From Muribaculaceae bacterium (GTDB taxonomy: Bacteria; Bacteroidota; Bacteroidia; Bacteroidales; Muribaculaceae): a DNA stretch of 64,000 nt. Under the pieces are notes generated by a model that saw only the letters and a list, made by a program, of their open reading frames with translations, was not told where the DNA came from and searched no databases. Location: the NCBI GenBank assembly GCA_022510425.1, contig JAFLTO010000003.1, positions 133,570 through 197,569 on the forward strand, written 5' to 3'. Both the position numbers and the translations under genes were made by a program. Shown here in pieces: positions 9,869-20,100 of this stretch. How positions within the stretch are numbered: position 1 is the first letter of the stretch; the number at the start of each line of letters is the position of its first letter.

Positions 9869-11389
9869 ATGAAAAAAACTCTACTTACCCTTGCTGCTGT
9901 AGCTATCTCAGTAGGTGCGTGGGCACAAGACAACGCCGGCTTGATCGACGTAACTCCCAATTATTACAATTTTAACAAGATCAATTCTACTCAATTGACT
10001 TCAATCCTTCGTTCTGATGTTCGTCAACCGGTTCCTTTCAATCTTGGAGGTGATAACTGGATTACATCAAATACCAATGGCGGTGAAAATTATTTCACTT
10101 CAGAACAGATTGCTAATGGTAACATTCTTTTTGGTGCTTTTGTTTACAACCAGTCAAAAGAAGCTGAATTTGCTAAAGCTTTCTCTCTATTAGATTTAGG
10201 TGGCAACCTTGGCCAAGTATTAGTTCTTAATGGACAGAATTCAAACTTGAACGAAGCAGTTCAGGAGGCTTGTGGTCTTGATGCAGCTCCCGAAATTCCG
10301 GCTTACCAAGGTGCTTTCGGTGCTAATTTCCAATATAACCATATTTTGGATTTCGAATCAATGAATAAATATGTCTTGGAAGCTAACCCGGGTCTTACTG
10401 CTGCTGATCTTTTGGAACAGGCTGAAGATGCAAAAATCACTCCAATCCGTATCAGAATCAGAGTTGAAATGAACGCATATAATAATGACATGTCTAAAGA
10501 ACTAAGTATTGTAAATACCACATTCTTACAGAACGAAGCAGGTAATGCAATTGGTTTTGATGTTATGGATCCAGATAACTTCACTTATGTAGATGTGTCT
10601 CAGTTCTCGGAAAATGGTGTTTGGAATCCAAACCTTTGGCTCGTTCGTGAGTGGGATGTAGACTACACAGGTATCGCATCCTACATAAAATTCTTAGGCA
10701 CTAATACTGATTCAGATTTCGATAATGGTGCTCTCCTTGTTCGTAGTTTGAAAGTATTCGTACTTCCAGAAGGCGAAGAATCTTATCCTAATTACACTAA
10801 AGTAATAGACGGTGTAACTAAAGAATACAAATTTTCTACATTCCATGACACTTTAGTTGACTATTCAGAAGTAGCTGTTGAACCGGCTTATCCTGAAAAC
10901 CTCTATATGATGGGTAATATCGTTAATAATTCCTGGAATCCTTCTGCTGCAGTAGCTCCTGAATCTGCTGAAGACGGTGTGTTCACTTTCACAGATATCG
11001 AACTTTATAACACAGCAACTGATCCCGCTTTCTTTACTTTCATCAATACTCTTAGCGACAATTGGGATTTAATCAATGACGGTTCTCACCGTTATGGTCC
11101 TGCTGAAGGTCAAAATGGTGCTGTTAATGTAGGCCAGTCTGATATCAAGTTCGCTCTCGGTGGTGACACTTCTTTCAATATTGCAAATGGTACATACGAT
11201 TTTGTTGTAGATTTCAACACTATGACAATCGCAATTTCTGAAGCCGGTTCAGTTGGTGTTAAGACAGTTATCGATTTCAATGCTCCGGTTGAATACTACA
11301 ACCTCAATGGTGTGAAGGTTGCTAATCCTGACAAGGGTATCTACATTATCCGTCAGGGCAACACAACAAAGAAAGCTGTTATCCGTTAA
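9869..11389 (+). CDS. T9SS-sorted secreted protein: domain X (subtype a) + SusE/F-like or CBM-like beta-sandwich + T9SS tail
   Basis: Signal peptide ..GAWA|QDN. Domain X motifs: DVTPNYYNF, LLDLGGNLGQVLVLNG, WNPNLW (10622-10639), LLVRSLKVF. Region ~10897-11245 (NLYMMGNIVNNSWNP...GTYDFVVDFNTMTIAIS) resembles SusE/SusF-type glycan-binding domains. Tail: PVEYYNLNGVKVANPDKGIYIIRQGNTTKKAVIR. Confidence 0.75.
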   Translation: MKKTLLTLAAVAISVGAWAQDNAGLIDVTPNYYNFNKINSTQLTSILRSDVRQPVPFNLGGDNWITSNTNGGENYFTSEQIANGNILFGAFVYNQSKEAEFAKAFSLLDLGGNLGQVLVLNGQNSNLNEAVQEACGLDAAPEIPAYQGAFGANFQYNHILDFESMNKYVLEANPGLTAADLLEQAEDAKITPIRIRIRVEMNAYNNDMSKELSIVNTTFLQNEAGNAIGFDVMDPDNFTYVDVSQFSENGVWNPNLWLVREWDVDYTGIASYIKFLGTNTDSDFDNGALLVRSLKVFVLPEGEESYPNYTKVIDGVTKEYKFSTFHDTLVDYSEVAVEPAYPENLYMMGNIVNNSWNPSAAVAPESAEDGVFTFTDIELYNTATDPAFFTFINTLSDNWDLINDGSHRYGPAEGQNGAVNVGQSDIKFALGGDTSFNIANGTYDFVVDFNTMTIAISEAGSVGVKTVIDFNAPVEYYNLNGVKVANPDKGIYIIRQGNTTKKAVIR

Positions 11390-11410
11390 TCTAAGGATTG
11401 CTTAATTATA

Positions 11411-11440
11411 AGAGTCACCGGGATTGCTCCCGATGACTCT
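11411..11440 (+). terminator. Imperfect hairpin (7+5 bp with one C.A mismatch, 4-nt loop)
   Basis: AGAGTCA-C-CGGGA ttgc TCCCG-A-TGACTCT, read directly, 22 nt after the stop at 11389. Confidence 0.4.
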
Positions 11441-11505
11441 ACAATTTAGAGGTAAGCGGGCTTGCCCCGTGAATCCCCTTCGATTAATCTTTTAACCTAA
11501 AATAC

Positions 11506-13986
11506 ATGAAGAAACTCTTGTTGGCATCAGCCTTATCAGCTGTTGCTTTGGGCGCATTGAATGCACAGGTGATCAACCGGGCAATTCAATTCTCGCCGGA
11601 AGGAACCGTTGATTGTGGTGCGATGCCTGATTTAGACAATTTAAGGTCCTATTCTTTGCAATTTTGGCTTAATCCTAATTCATGGTCCGAAAATGCCAAT
11701 ATAATTAGTCGCGGTGACAATTTTGTAGTTAAATTAGGTCCTCAAAACACTATCCGTTTCATAAACGGTGAAAGTGAAGTAGCTGCCTCCCATAAAGAAC
11801 TTAAAACCGGTGAATGGTCACAGGTAACACTTATCTGCGACGACGGTAAAGCTCAAATCCTTGTCAACGGCATGTATGCCGGTGATGGCTCTCTATCCGG
11901 TGTGGAAAAATCGGATGCATCTATTATATTGGGTGGTCAATATTCCGGTCTTCTCGATGAAGTAAGGATTTGGAATGATGCCCTCGATGATGAGATGGAC
12001 TCTTTCGATTATTTCATCTTCAATACCCTCAATAAGTGGAATCCTATGTGGGATAACTTGATCGCTTATTATAAGATGGATCAAGAAAATTGCCCATATC
12101 TTGTCGACTATAAAGGTATTGATGAAAAATTGAAACCTTACGACAACCACGGTATTATGTTGCAAGGTGTTGAAAAAGTTGAAGCGAACAATGATAAGAT
12201 GCCTTATCTTATCAATTCGGCCTATACAAACAATGAGAGATTTTTCGACCGCATAATTCCGCGTGAACAATATCTTTTAAGCAATGACTTGATCATTTTA
12301 GGTGTCAATGTTTATGCTTACGACGGTCATCTCGAGACAAAATCTCCCAATAATCATGCCATATCTTTAAAAAACACCGAATATCTATCTGAATTCCAGG
12401 GTAGGAATGGAGTATTGTCTTTCAATGGTTCCGCTTCAATGGAATTGCCTGCCTCCATGTTCCCCGTAAATGATGTGTATACTTTCGAATCATGGCTTTA
12501 TATAGATGATTGGACTCCCGGTGCATATTTATTAAGGAAGGAAAATGAAAATCAGACCATTGGTATTGCAGTTTATTTAGGTGAAGAGGATCAGAAACGA
12601 GTCCTTGTCAGAATTAATGGCAAAGTCTATGCTTCAACGCTCGATGTTTCTCTTCCTGTGGGACAATGGGTGCACTTCGGTTTTTGCACCGGTCTAAACG
12701 TTGACCTCCCTAATACTTTCTATTTCTTCAAAGATGGGAGGAGATATAATTGTGACGATAAAACTGATTTGACCACCGGTGAAAAAGGAAAGGCAAATAC
12801 ATTTATCAATGAAGATTCTGCTGCTTTCCCTCTTCTTTTAGGAGAGAATTTTAAGGGAAAACTTGATGAAACTCTTTTATGGAAACAGGATTTACCTGCA
12901 TCAACAGTTTCCAGTCATAAAACAAAAGTTCCGATGCCGGGTCTCGACAACACGGTGAGTGCTACGACTTTCCAAAACAGTCTTGGATATTATAATTATG
13001 ATGATCCGGAGGATTTGGGATTCAGCAGCCATTCACAAGATTCATGGCTTAAAATCATGAAATCAGCTTATGAAGGTCATGCCGGCGTGAAATTCACAAT
13101 TTCTGTGATGGGTTCATATACTCCGGGAGCTGAATTTGGTGATTGGAGAGATATACTCGGTGACGAGTCAAAACGTCAAAGATTTGCCTCAGATTTAGCT
13201 GAGATTTCCAAGAATTATGACGGGGTGGAACTTGACCTCGAATGGATTGAGAAAGCCGGCCAATGGTCGGACTACGGTTTGTTGGCCAAAGAAATAAGGG
13301 AAAAACTTCCTGAAGGCAAGGAATTCCGAATCTCTTTGCACAACAGTTATACCGGTTTCCCTGTGGACTATCAGGATTATGTTGATGGTTTCACTTTCCA
13401 ACAATATGGTCCGCAAGCTACAAATTTCAGTTACAGAAATTTTACTAGTAATGTACATAATTTCATAACTAAATTTGATCGCAACAAGATAATGACTTCT
13501 TATTCCACCACAACTTCCAAGGGTGCCAACGGTGCTGCGGTAATTGGTGTTAAGGGGGACTGTCTTGAAAGTTATGTTCCAAGTGAGGCTGATTCAGATA
13601 AATACACCAACGATGCAGGGGAAACCTGGACATATATGGGTCCGATGCAAGTGTATCGTCGCGCCCAATATACTCGCGAAAACAATCTGCAAGGTATTTT
13701 CTATTGGGACATGGGGAATGACTATTGGTTAGGCACTGCAGCTAACCCCGAAATGCCTGTCTATAACCAGGCAAAATATTGCAGCTATGCCATCAATGCA
13801 AACAACGATACGATCGTTACCGATCTCTCGGTTAATCATTACATTCCGGCCGGTGTAGGAATAATCAACAATGAAATTTCCGGTCCGGTTGAGTACTATA
13901 ACTTGCAAGGAATCAAAGTTCAACGTCCTGAAAAGGGTATCTATATCCGAAAGGAAGGTTCCTCAACACGCAAGGTAATCTTTTAG
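11506..13986 (+). CDS. T9SS-sorted LamG-LamG-GH18-like protein, paralog 2
   Basis: Signal peptide ..ALNA|QVINRAIQF. LamG hallmarks (SYSLQFWLNP, LLDEVRIWNDAL; KGKLDETLLW). GH18-like motifs YDGVELDLEW (13219-13245), FTFQQYG, GIFYW. Tail: PVEYYNLQGIKVQRPEKGIYIRKEGSSTRKVIF. Confidence 0.78.
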   Translation: MKKLLLASALSAVALGALNAQVINRAIQFSPEGTVDCGAMPDLDNLRSYSLQFWLNPNSWSENANIISRGDNFVVKLGPQNTIRFINGESEVAASHKELKTGEWSQVTLICDDGKAQILVNGMYAGDGSLSGVEKSDASIILGGQYSGLLDEVRIWNDALDDEMDSFDYFIFNTLNKWNPMWDNLIAYYKMDQENCPYLVDYKGIDEKLKPYDNHGIMLQGVEKVEANNDKMPYLINSAYTNNERFFDRIIPREQYLLSNDLIILGVNVYAYDGHLETKSPNNHAISLKNTEYLSEFQGRNGVLSFNGSASMELPASMFPVNDVYTFESWLYIDDWTPGAYLLRKENENQTIGIAVYLGEEDQKRVLVRINGKVYASTLDVSLPVGQWVHFGFCTGLNVDLPNTFYFFKDGRRYNCDDKTDLTTGEKGKANTFINEDSAAFPLLLGENFKGKLDETLLWKQDLPASTVSSHKTKVPMPGLDNTVSATTFQNSLGYYNYDDPEDLGFSSHSQDSWLKIMKSAYEGHAGVKFTISVMGSYTPGAEFGDWRDILGDESKRQRFASDLAEISKNYDGVELDLEWIEKAGQWSDYGLLAKEIREKLPEGKEFRISLHNSYTGFPVDYQDYVDGFTFQQYGPQATNFSYRNFTSNVHNFITKFDRNKIMTSYSTTTSKGANGAAVIGVKGDCLESYVPSEADSDKYTNDAGETWTYMGPMQVYRRAQYTRENNLQGIFYWDMGNDYWLGTAANPEMPVYNQAKYCSYAINANNDTIVTDLSVNHYIPAGVGIINNEISGPVEYYNLQGIKVQRPEKGIYIRKEGSSTRKVIF

Positions 13987-14130
13987 AATAATAACAATTA
14001 AAAACCAATAAAAACAACCAAACTATCGGCATGATGCAAGGTAAGAAGACCCCCTAAACAATGAATTTTAATAGTTAAGGAGTCTTACTTACGTGCTTGA
14101 TCAAAACATTCATCGGGTGAAAACCTAATG

Positions 14131-14171
14131 AACCAACACAAATCAAATTTTTAATTAACCAACACAAATCA
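14131..14171 (+). repeat. 15-nt perfect direct repeat AACCAACACAAATCA (14131-14145 and 14157-14171) ending 1 nt before the giant ORF start codon
   Basis: Read directly from the sequence. G-free A/C-rich leader. Confidence 0.8.
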
Positions 14172-14172
14172 C

Positions 14173-17100
14173 ATGAAAAAACTCTTACTAACATTGGGAG
14201 TCGCGGCACTCACAGTCGGAGCTTGGGCTGTGCAGACACTTGCCACCGATATCCCTGAAACGTTTGAAGATGTTACACCAACATACTTCAAATTTTATGA
14301 AGGTAATACTGATCTTTCTAAAATGATAAGAACAGATATCCCCTCTCCCGCTCAAGCAAATTTAAAAAACACAAATGGTAACTTTATTTCCTCTAATACA
14401 GATACTGTTGGATCATTATTTTCTCGTTCAAAATTATCAGAAGGTAATTTAATTTTTGGAGGTGCTTATTGGAGAACTCAAGAGGAATTAGCTAAAGGTT
14501 TTTCTTTAGTTAAATTAGGAGAGGAAATTGGAGAAGTATTGGTATTAAATGGTCATCAATCCGATTTAGTCTCAACTCTTAAAGCATTAGGGCTAAATGA
14601 AAATCCAGAGGTTTCCTCAATGGAGGCTGCTTTTAGTGGTAATCTACAACTTTTCTGGGTTTTAGATAATATTCAAATTAAGAATCTTAAATATCCGTAT
14701 TTAAAAATAAAAGTTGAGTTAAATGCTTTTAATAATAAACAAAGTTTGGAAAAGGAAGCTCTTAACTCAATAACTTTTGTTACAGAGGCAGGTAATCCTT
14801 TTGGAGAAGAAAAAAAAGTTTGTTTTAATGAATTTTTGAAAGACAATTCTAATGAAGAATGGGATCCTTATAAGTGGATGGTATACGAATTTTACATTGA
14901 TAAGAAAGATATAGGATCTTATTTAAGAATGTTTATAAATGATTCACTTTCAGACTTAAATAATGGAGCATTGTTAATACGTAGTATTGAAGTTTACGGT
15001 GTCTCTGAAATAGCATCTGATATTACTAAAGATTCTGTAAATAAAACTTGGAATGACTATACTCCTGAAACTGTAAAAAACGGTAATTATAAAATAACGC
15101 AAGAGAAAAATGTAATAACTTTCACTTTCGATAAAGAATTTAAAAAAGTAGGTGAGGATTCTGAAATTACTGTTTCAAATGCTCCAAGCGGATTGACTCC
15201 ATCCATTAATGTTGATGAAGCTAACAAAACTATAACAGTTACATTAACTGATTTCCCGGCAAAGGAATATAAAATTAATATCCCTGAAGGTTTCGTAAAA
15301 TTCGGTCCTTTCGAAATCAATGAAGCCATTTCTGAAACTATCACTATAGGGAAGGAGTATGAAACCGGAACTGTTGCCCCTCTTCAGGGAGACCAAATCG
15401 GTTTCACGGTTACTTATTCTAAGGATATTACAAACCTCCAGCCTACTGGGCAGATAACTTTAACCCCAAAAACTCCGGTAACAACTCAACCTTCTCTCAA
15501 GAAAACTCAAAACGGTAATGTTCTGACCGTTACTTTGGACGGAGGTGAAGCAGCTGTTTATACTGTTACTATACCTAAAGATTATTTTACTCTCGATGTT
15601 AATCTTTTCAGCGATAAAGTTTCTCAGGAACTGACTGTTGAAAAGAAATATGAAACCGGAACTGTGGCTCTTCTTGAAGGAGATAAAATAGGTTTTACGG
15701 TTACTTATCCTATGGATATAATTGAACTCTTGACAGGTGAAATCAAAGTGGAACCAATTAAGTCAGCTACCAATCTTCCAGCTGCCAAGCCCACTAAAGA
15801 AGGTAAGGTTCTAACAGTTGTTTTGGAAGGCGGTGACCCGGGTGATTATACTGTGACTGTTCCAAAAGAATATGTTAAACTTGGCGTAAATCTTTTCAAC
15901 AATGCCGCTACAAAAACTCTTAACGTTCCGGAAACAGGTAGTAACCCTTCTGTCCCCACAGAGCCTGAAACTCCGGAAGATGTTGTTGGAACCAACATAA
16001 CTCCCAAAAGTTATCATTTCGGAACTACAACAAATCTCCCTTTGCATCCGGAATATATTAATGTACAAAATATCGTAAAGGAGACCAATGATGTTTATTC
16101 CGATGCTAATCTTGCTTCTTCATATGAAGACGGCCTTATCGTTGTTTCAACCGGAGGAGGTCAAAGTGCAGTTGAACAATCTGATTTTAGAAACTCACTT
16201 CAATTGATCAATCTTGGTGGTGAAGTTGGAAATGTTTTGTTCTATGGAACAAAAGGTTCAGGAATTGTAAATGTTCTTAAAAACAAGGCTTCTGATTTTA
16301 CAACAGAATGGGACAAAATAAGTGTCAACCCCAGTACAAACAGGAATTGGCAATTGAATTTCTTTATGCCTCCCACATATACTCAAACAAATGGAAATTA
16401 TGTTCATTGTAGAGTAATTTATAATGTTTTTTCTGCAAATTCAGACTTAACAAAGGCCCCATTCAATAATATGGGTATGATTAAGAATAACAATGCGGCC
16501 GATGCTTCATTTACAAACTCGGGTAAAGATAAAGGAATAATTACTTTTGCAGATAATGATTGTTATACAGATGGTGAATGGGATCCTACTAAATGGCAAG
16601 TTGTAGAATTTGATTTCACTAATGACGGAAATGTACCTTATCGATTTAGAATTGACGTTCCAGGTCCTACTTATTGGGATAATTTGGCTCTCTTTATCAA
16701 GGACATTAAATTTACTGAAGTAAAGGGTGATTATACCGGTTCAAACATCAAGAAATACAGTGTAACATATAAAGATCCCTTCACTTACACTCTTGGTGAT
16801 CAAATTATAACAAGGACTAAGAGAATTCCGGTTGTTAATGAACTGGGTGAGCAAAGTGAAGAAAAAGGTTTCACACTTTCATTTGACGGTGATCTTTATC
16901 AAGGTACAGGAGAAATTACAATAACTACAACGGAAAATGTTACTACGAAACCGCAAGTAAAATCGATAATTAAAGGTAAAACACTCACCGTTACTCTCGA
17001 AGGAGGTGACGCTGCAGAATATACAGTTACAGTTCCGGAAGGATTTGTAAATATCAGTAACCATTCTTTCAATGCTCCGGTTAAACAAATAATTACTATA

Positions 17101-20100
17101 AATAATAATTCTGAAGATCAGGATGATCCGAATTATCCTAAAGTAAATCCGGGTACTGACATCACTCCGGCTAACTATAACTTCAATGATCCAAAAGCAA
17201 TCCTTCCAATCCACCCAACCGGAAAAGTTGATAACGTAAATCTTGGAGCTTCTGCTTGGAAGGCCTTGAATTGTAGTGATTACTGGGATAATGGCTTGAT
17301 GGTGGTTTCTTCCGGAGGAGGATTAACTCAAGTTCAACACGATGCCTTTAAGAATGCATGGAATTATGTTGATTTTGGTGGTAAAGTTGGTCGAGTAGCA
17401 TGTTATATTAACCGAGGATCAACGGCCATTGAGGATCTTAAGAAACTTAATTCTATTGAAGCCTGGGATGATTTAAATAAAAATACCCAAGTATTTAGTG
17501 GTGGTGCTTTGAATTTCTATTTAGATCCAGATCCTAAGAATACTCCTAAAACAGGTTATATCCATGCAAAAATAGTCTTCAATGTTGATGATTTAAATGA
17601 AAGTGTCGCTAATGGAGTTATTTTACAAAATATCAATGTTAGAGATGACTTGAATAACAATGAATGTTCAGGTTTTGTCTTGGATCCTATAACAGGTGAA
17701 AAAGTAAATGTATTAAAGAATGAATTTACCACTAATGGGAAATGGGATCCTACTAAATGGATGACATATGAATTTGATTTTAAAGTGGATGGAACCGATA
17801 AGTCAGCTGACCTCAGTCAACTTCCGGTTAGAATAAAAATGTTCTTCCAAGGATCTCAAGCAAATAACACTTCTGCTATTTTCTTCAAGGAGATTTCTTT
17901 CACTCATGTCGATGATGCTGATCCTACTATGTTAGGGAAAGTTTATCAGAAGATGGAGACTTTGGAAATCGGTACTCCGAAGATTTCTTTCATCCCGGCC
18001 GAAAAAATGGCTGCAAGCAGTGTTAACGTAAATGAAAATGTCTTGACTGCTACTTTTGATCAAAACATCACATTGGATGAAACTAAATCTGTAACTATTT
18101 CTCCTTCTTCCACAACAGGAAAATTGGACGTGAAGGTTAATGATAAATCTATTGTCGTTACTTTGACTGATTATCCTTACTATACTTATACTGTGACAAT
18201 ACCGGAAGGTTTTGTTAAAGTTGGTGACAAGGGAATAAATGAAGAAATTGTCCAAGAAATTGAAATCTCTGCTCCAAAAGTCAAAGACAAGGAATATTAC
18301 TTCCCGTCTGCACTCGATATTCCAGCAGGTTATATAGACATGACTCCTTCTTATTATAAATTCTATAATGGGAAAACCGATTTGGATAAGATGTTGAGAA
18401 ATGATATTAATTCTCCGACTGCAACCAATTTGGGAGGTGATTACTTTATCACTAACAATATGGGAGATGGTAAATATTTCAATAACGATAATTTGTCAAA
18501 AGGCAACTTGATTTATAAAGCCGGCATGTATCAAAATGATAAGGATAATGACAGATTACGCAGTGCATTCTCTCTCTTTGATTTTGGTGGTAATGTAGGT
18601 GAAGTATTGGTGCTCAACGGTAAGAATTCAAAGTTGAATGAAGCTATTGCTGAAAACTTTAATCTCCAGACATCCTACAATATTTCCAAACCTGCCGGAG
18701 ACTTCATGAATATGCAGTTGATGTGGCTTCTTGACAATCCAAAAATGAATTCAAATCTCATTAATGGAAATTATACAGTGCATGTAAGAATGGAACTTAA
18801 CATGTACAACAACAATATGGCCACTGAATATCCATTAATGTCTAATATGTATCTGCAAAGACAAACAGGTACAACTGCAGCTGAATTTGACTTAAATGAT
18901 AAGTTCATTGATGAGTTCACCTATAGAGTAAATGAGGAATCTTACAAAGAGGGAGAATTCAATGTAAATAAGACTGATAAATGGAACCCCTATCGTTGGA
19001 TGGTTTTAGATTTTGAAACCGATTACAATCGTGTGGTTTCCTACTTGCGTACATTCTTGCAATCCAACCAAATGAAGGATCATTCAAATGGTGCTTGGCT
19101 TATCCGTAGTATAGAAATATATGGTATACCTTCTAATGTTACTTCTACTTATGAAAAGAATAAGCTTTACACTTCTTGGAATGAATATAAAGCGAGTGAT
19201 TTTATAGTAAAAGAACCTACTCCTGAACAAGCCAAGGAGGATCCAAGCGAGAAATCAATTGTAGAGAATACTATTCCGGGTGATAAAGTTGAAAACGAGG
19301 CTTCTTTCAACGGATTCCAGGATGATAAAGACCATGAAAATTCATGGACAATTGAAGACGCCAAGGTAGCCAAATATTATTACTATAACGTTTCAACCGG
19401 TAAGAACGTTACTTTGGCTGATGAAGCTACCAAAGATGTGGTTAAAGTTGATGCGAATACAATCACAATTTCTGCTCCTGCAGATATGGGTACAGAATAT
19501 CACCATGGCATTGTAAGAATCAATACAGGCATCGAGATTCAGGAAGGAGCTACCTACAACTTCTCGGCTCAAGCTACCAAAGTTGCTTCTACCCGTGCGG
19601 CTGCTAATGTTCCCGATATCCTCGTGAAACTTACTGCAGAAAGTAGCAATGCCACTTCAGGTCTTGCCAACAAGACAGAAAACGGTGTTCATTATCTCTC
19701 TAATGCAGAACTCACAGCAGGAAATCTTGTTCTTGAAATCCATTTCGGTGGTGCAGAGAATGCCGGAAATGACATAACCTTGAGCAATATAACCCTGGCT
19801 CAATTGACAGAAGGATCTTCCGGTGGAAACAATTCCGGTGGAAATCCGGGTGTCGGAGATGAAGGTGGTTTCATTCCGGGTGATTATTCCGGAGAACCTA
19901 CAGTGAACCGTGCAATGCAGTTTACTCAGTCAGGCACTGTTACTTGTGGTGCGATACCGGAACTCAACAACCTATCTTCATATTCAATCCAATTCTGGAT
20001 GAAGCCGCAAGAATGGGAGGAAGGTGCCACATTGCTCCGCAGAGGTGACAACTTCTCTGTTGAACTCGGAGAAAATCACAATATTGTCTTCAAGAATTCA

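Noticed and set aside
14173-19128. Repetitive structure of the giant ORF as a possible CRISPR-like or satellite DNA array
   Set aside because: The repeats are in frame and 291 nt or longer. They are diverged at the nucleotide level except R2/R3, and they encode coherent protein domains. No short direct repeats with unique spacers are present.
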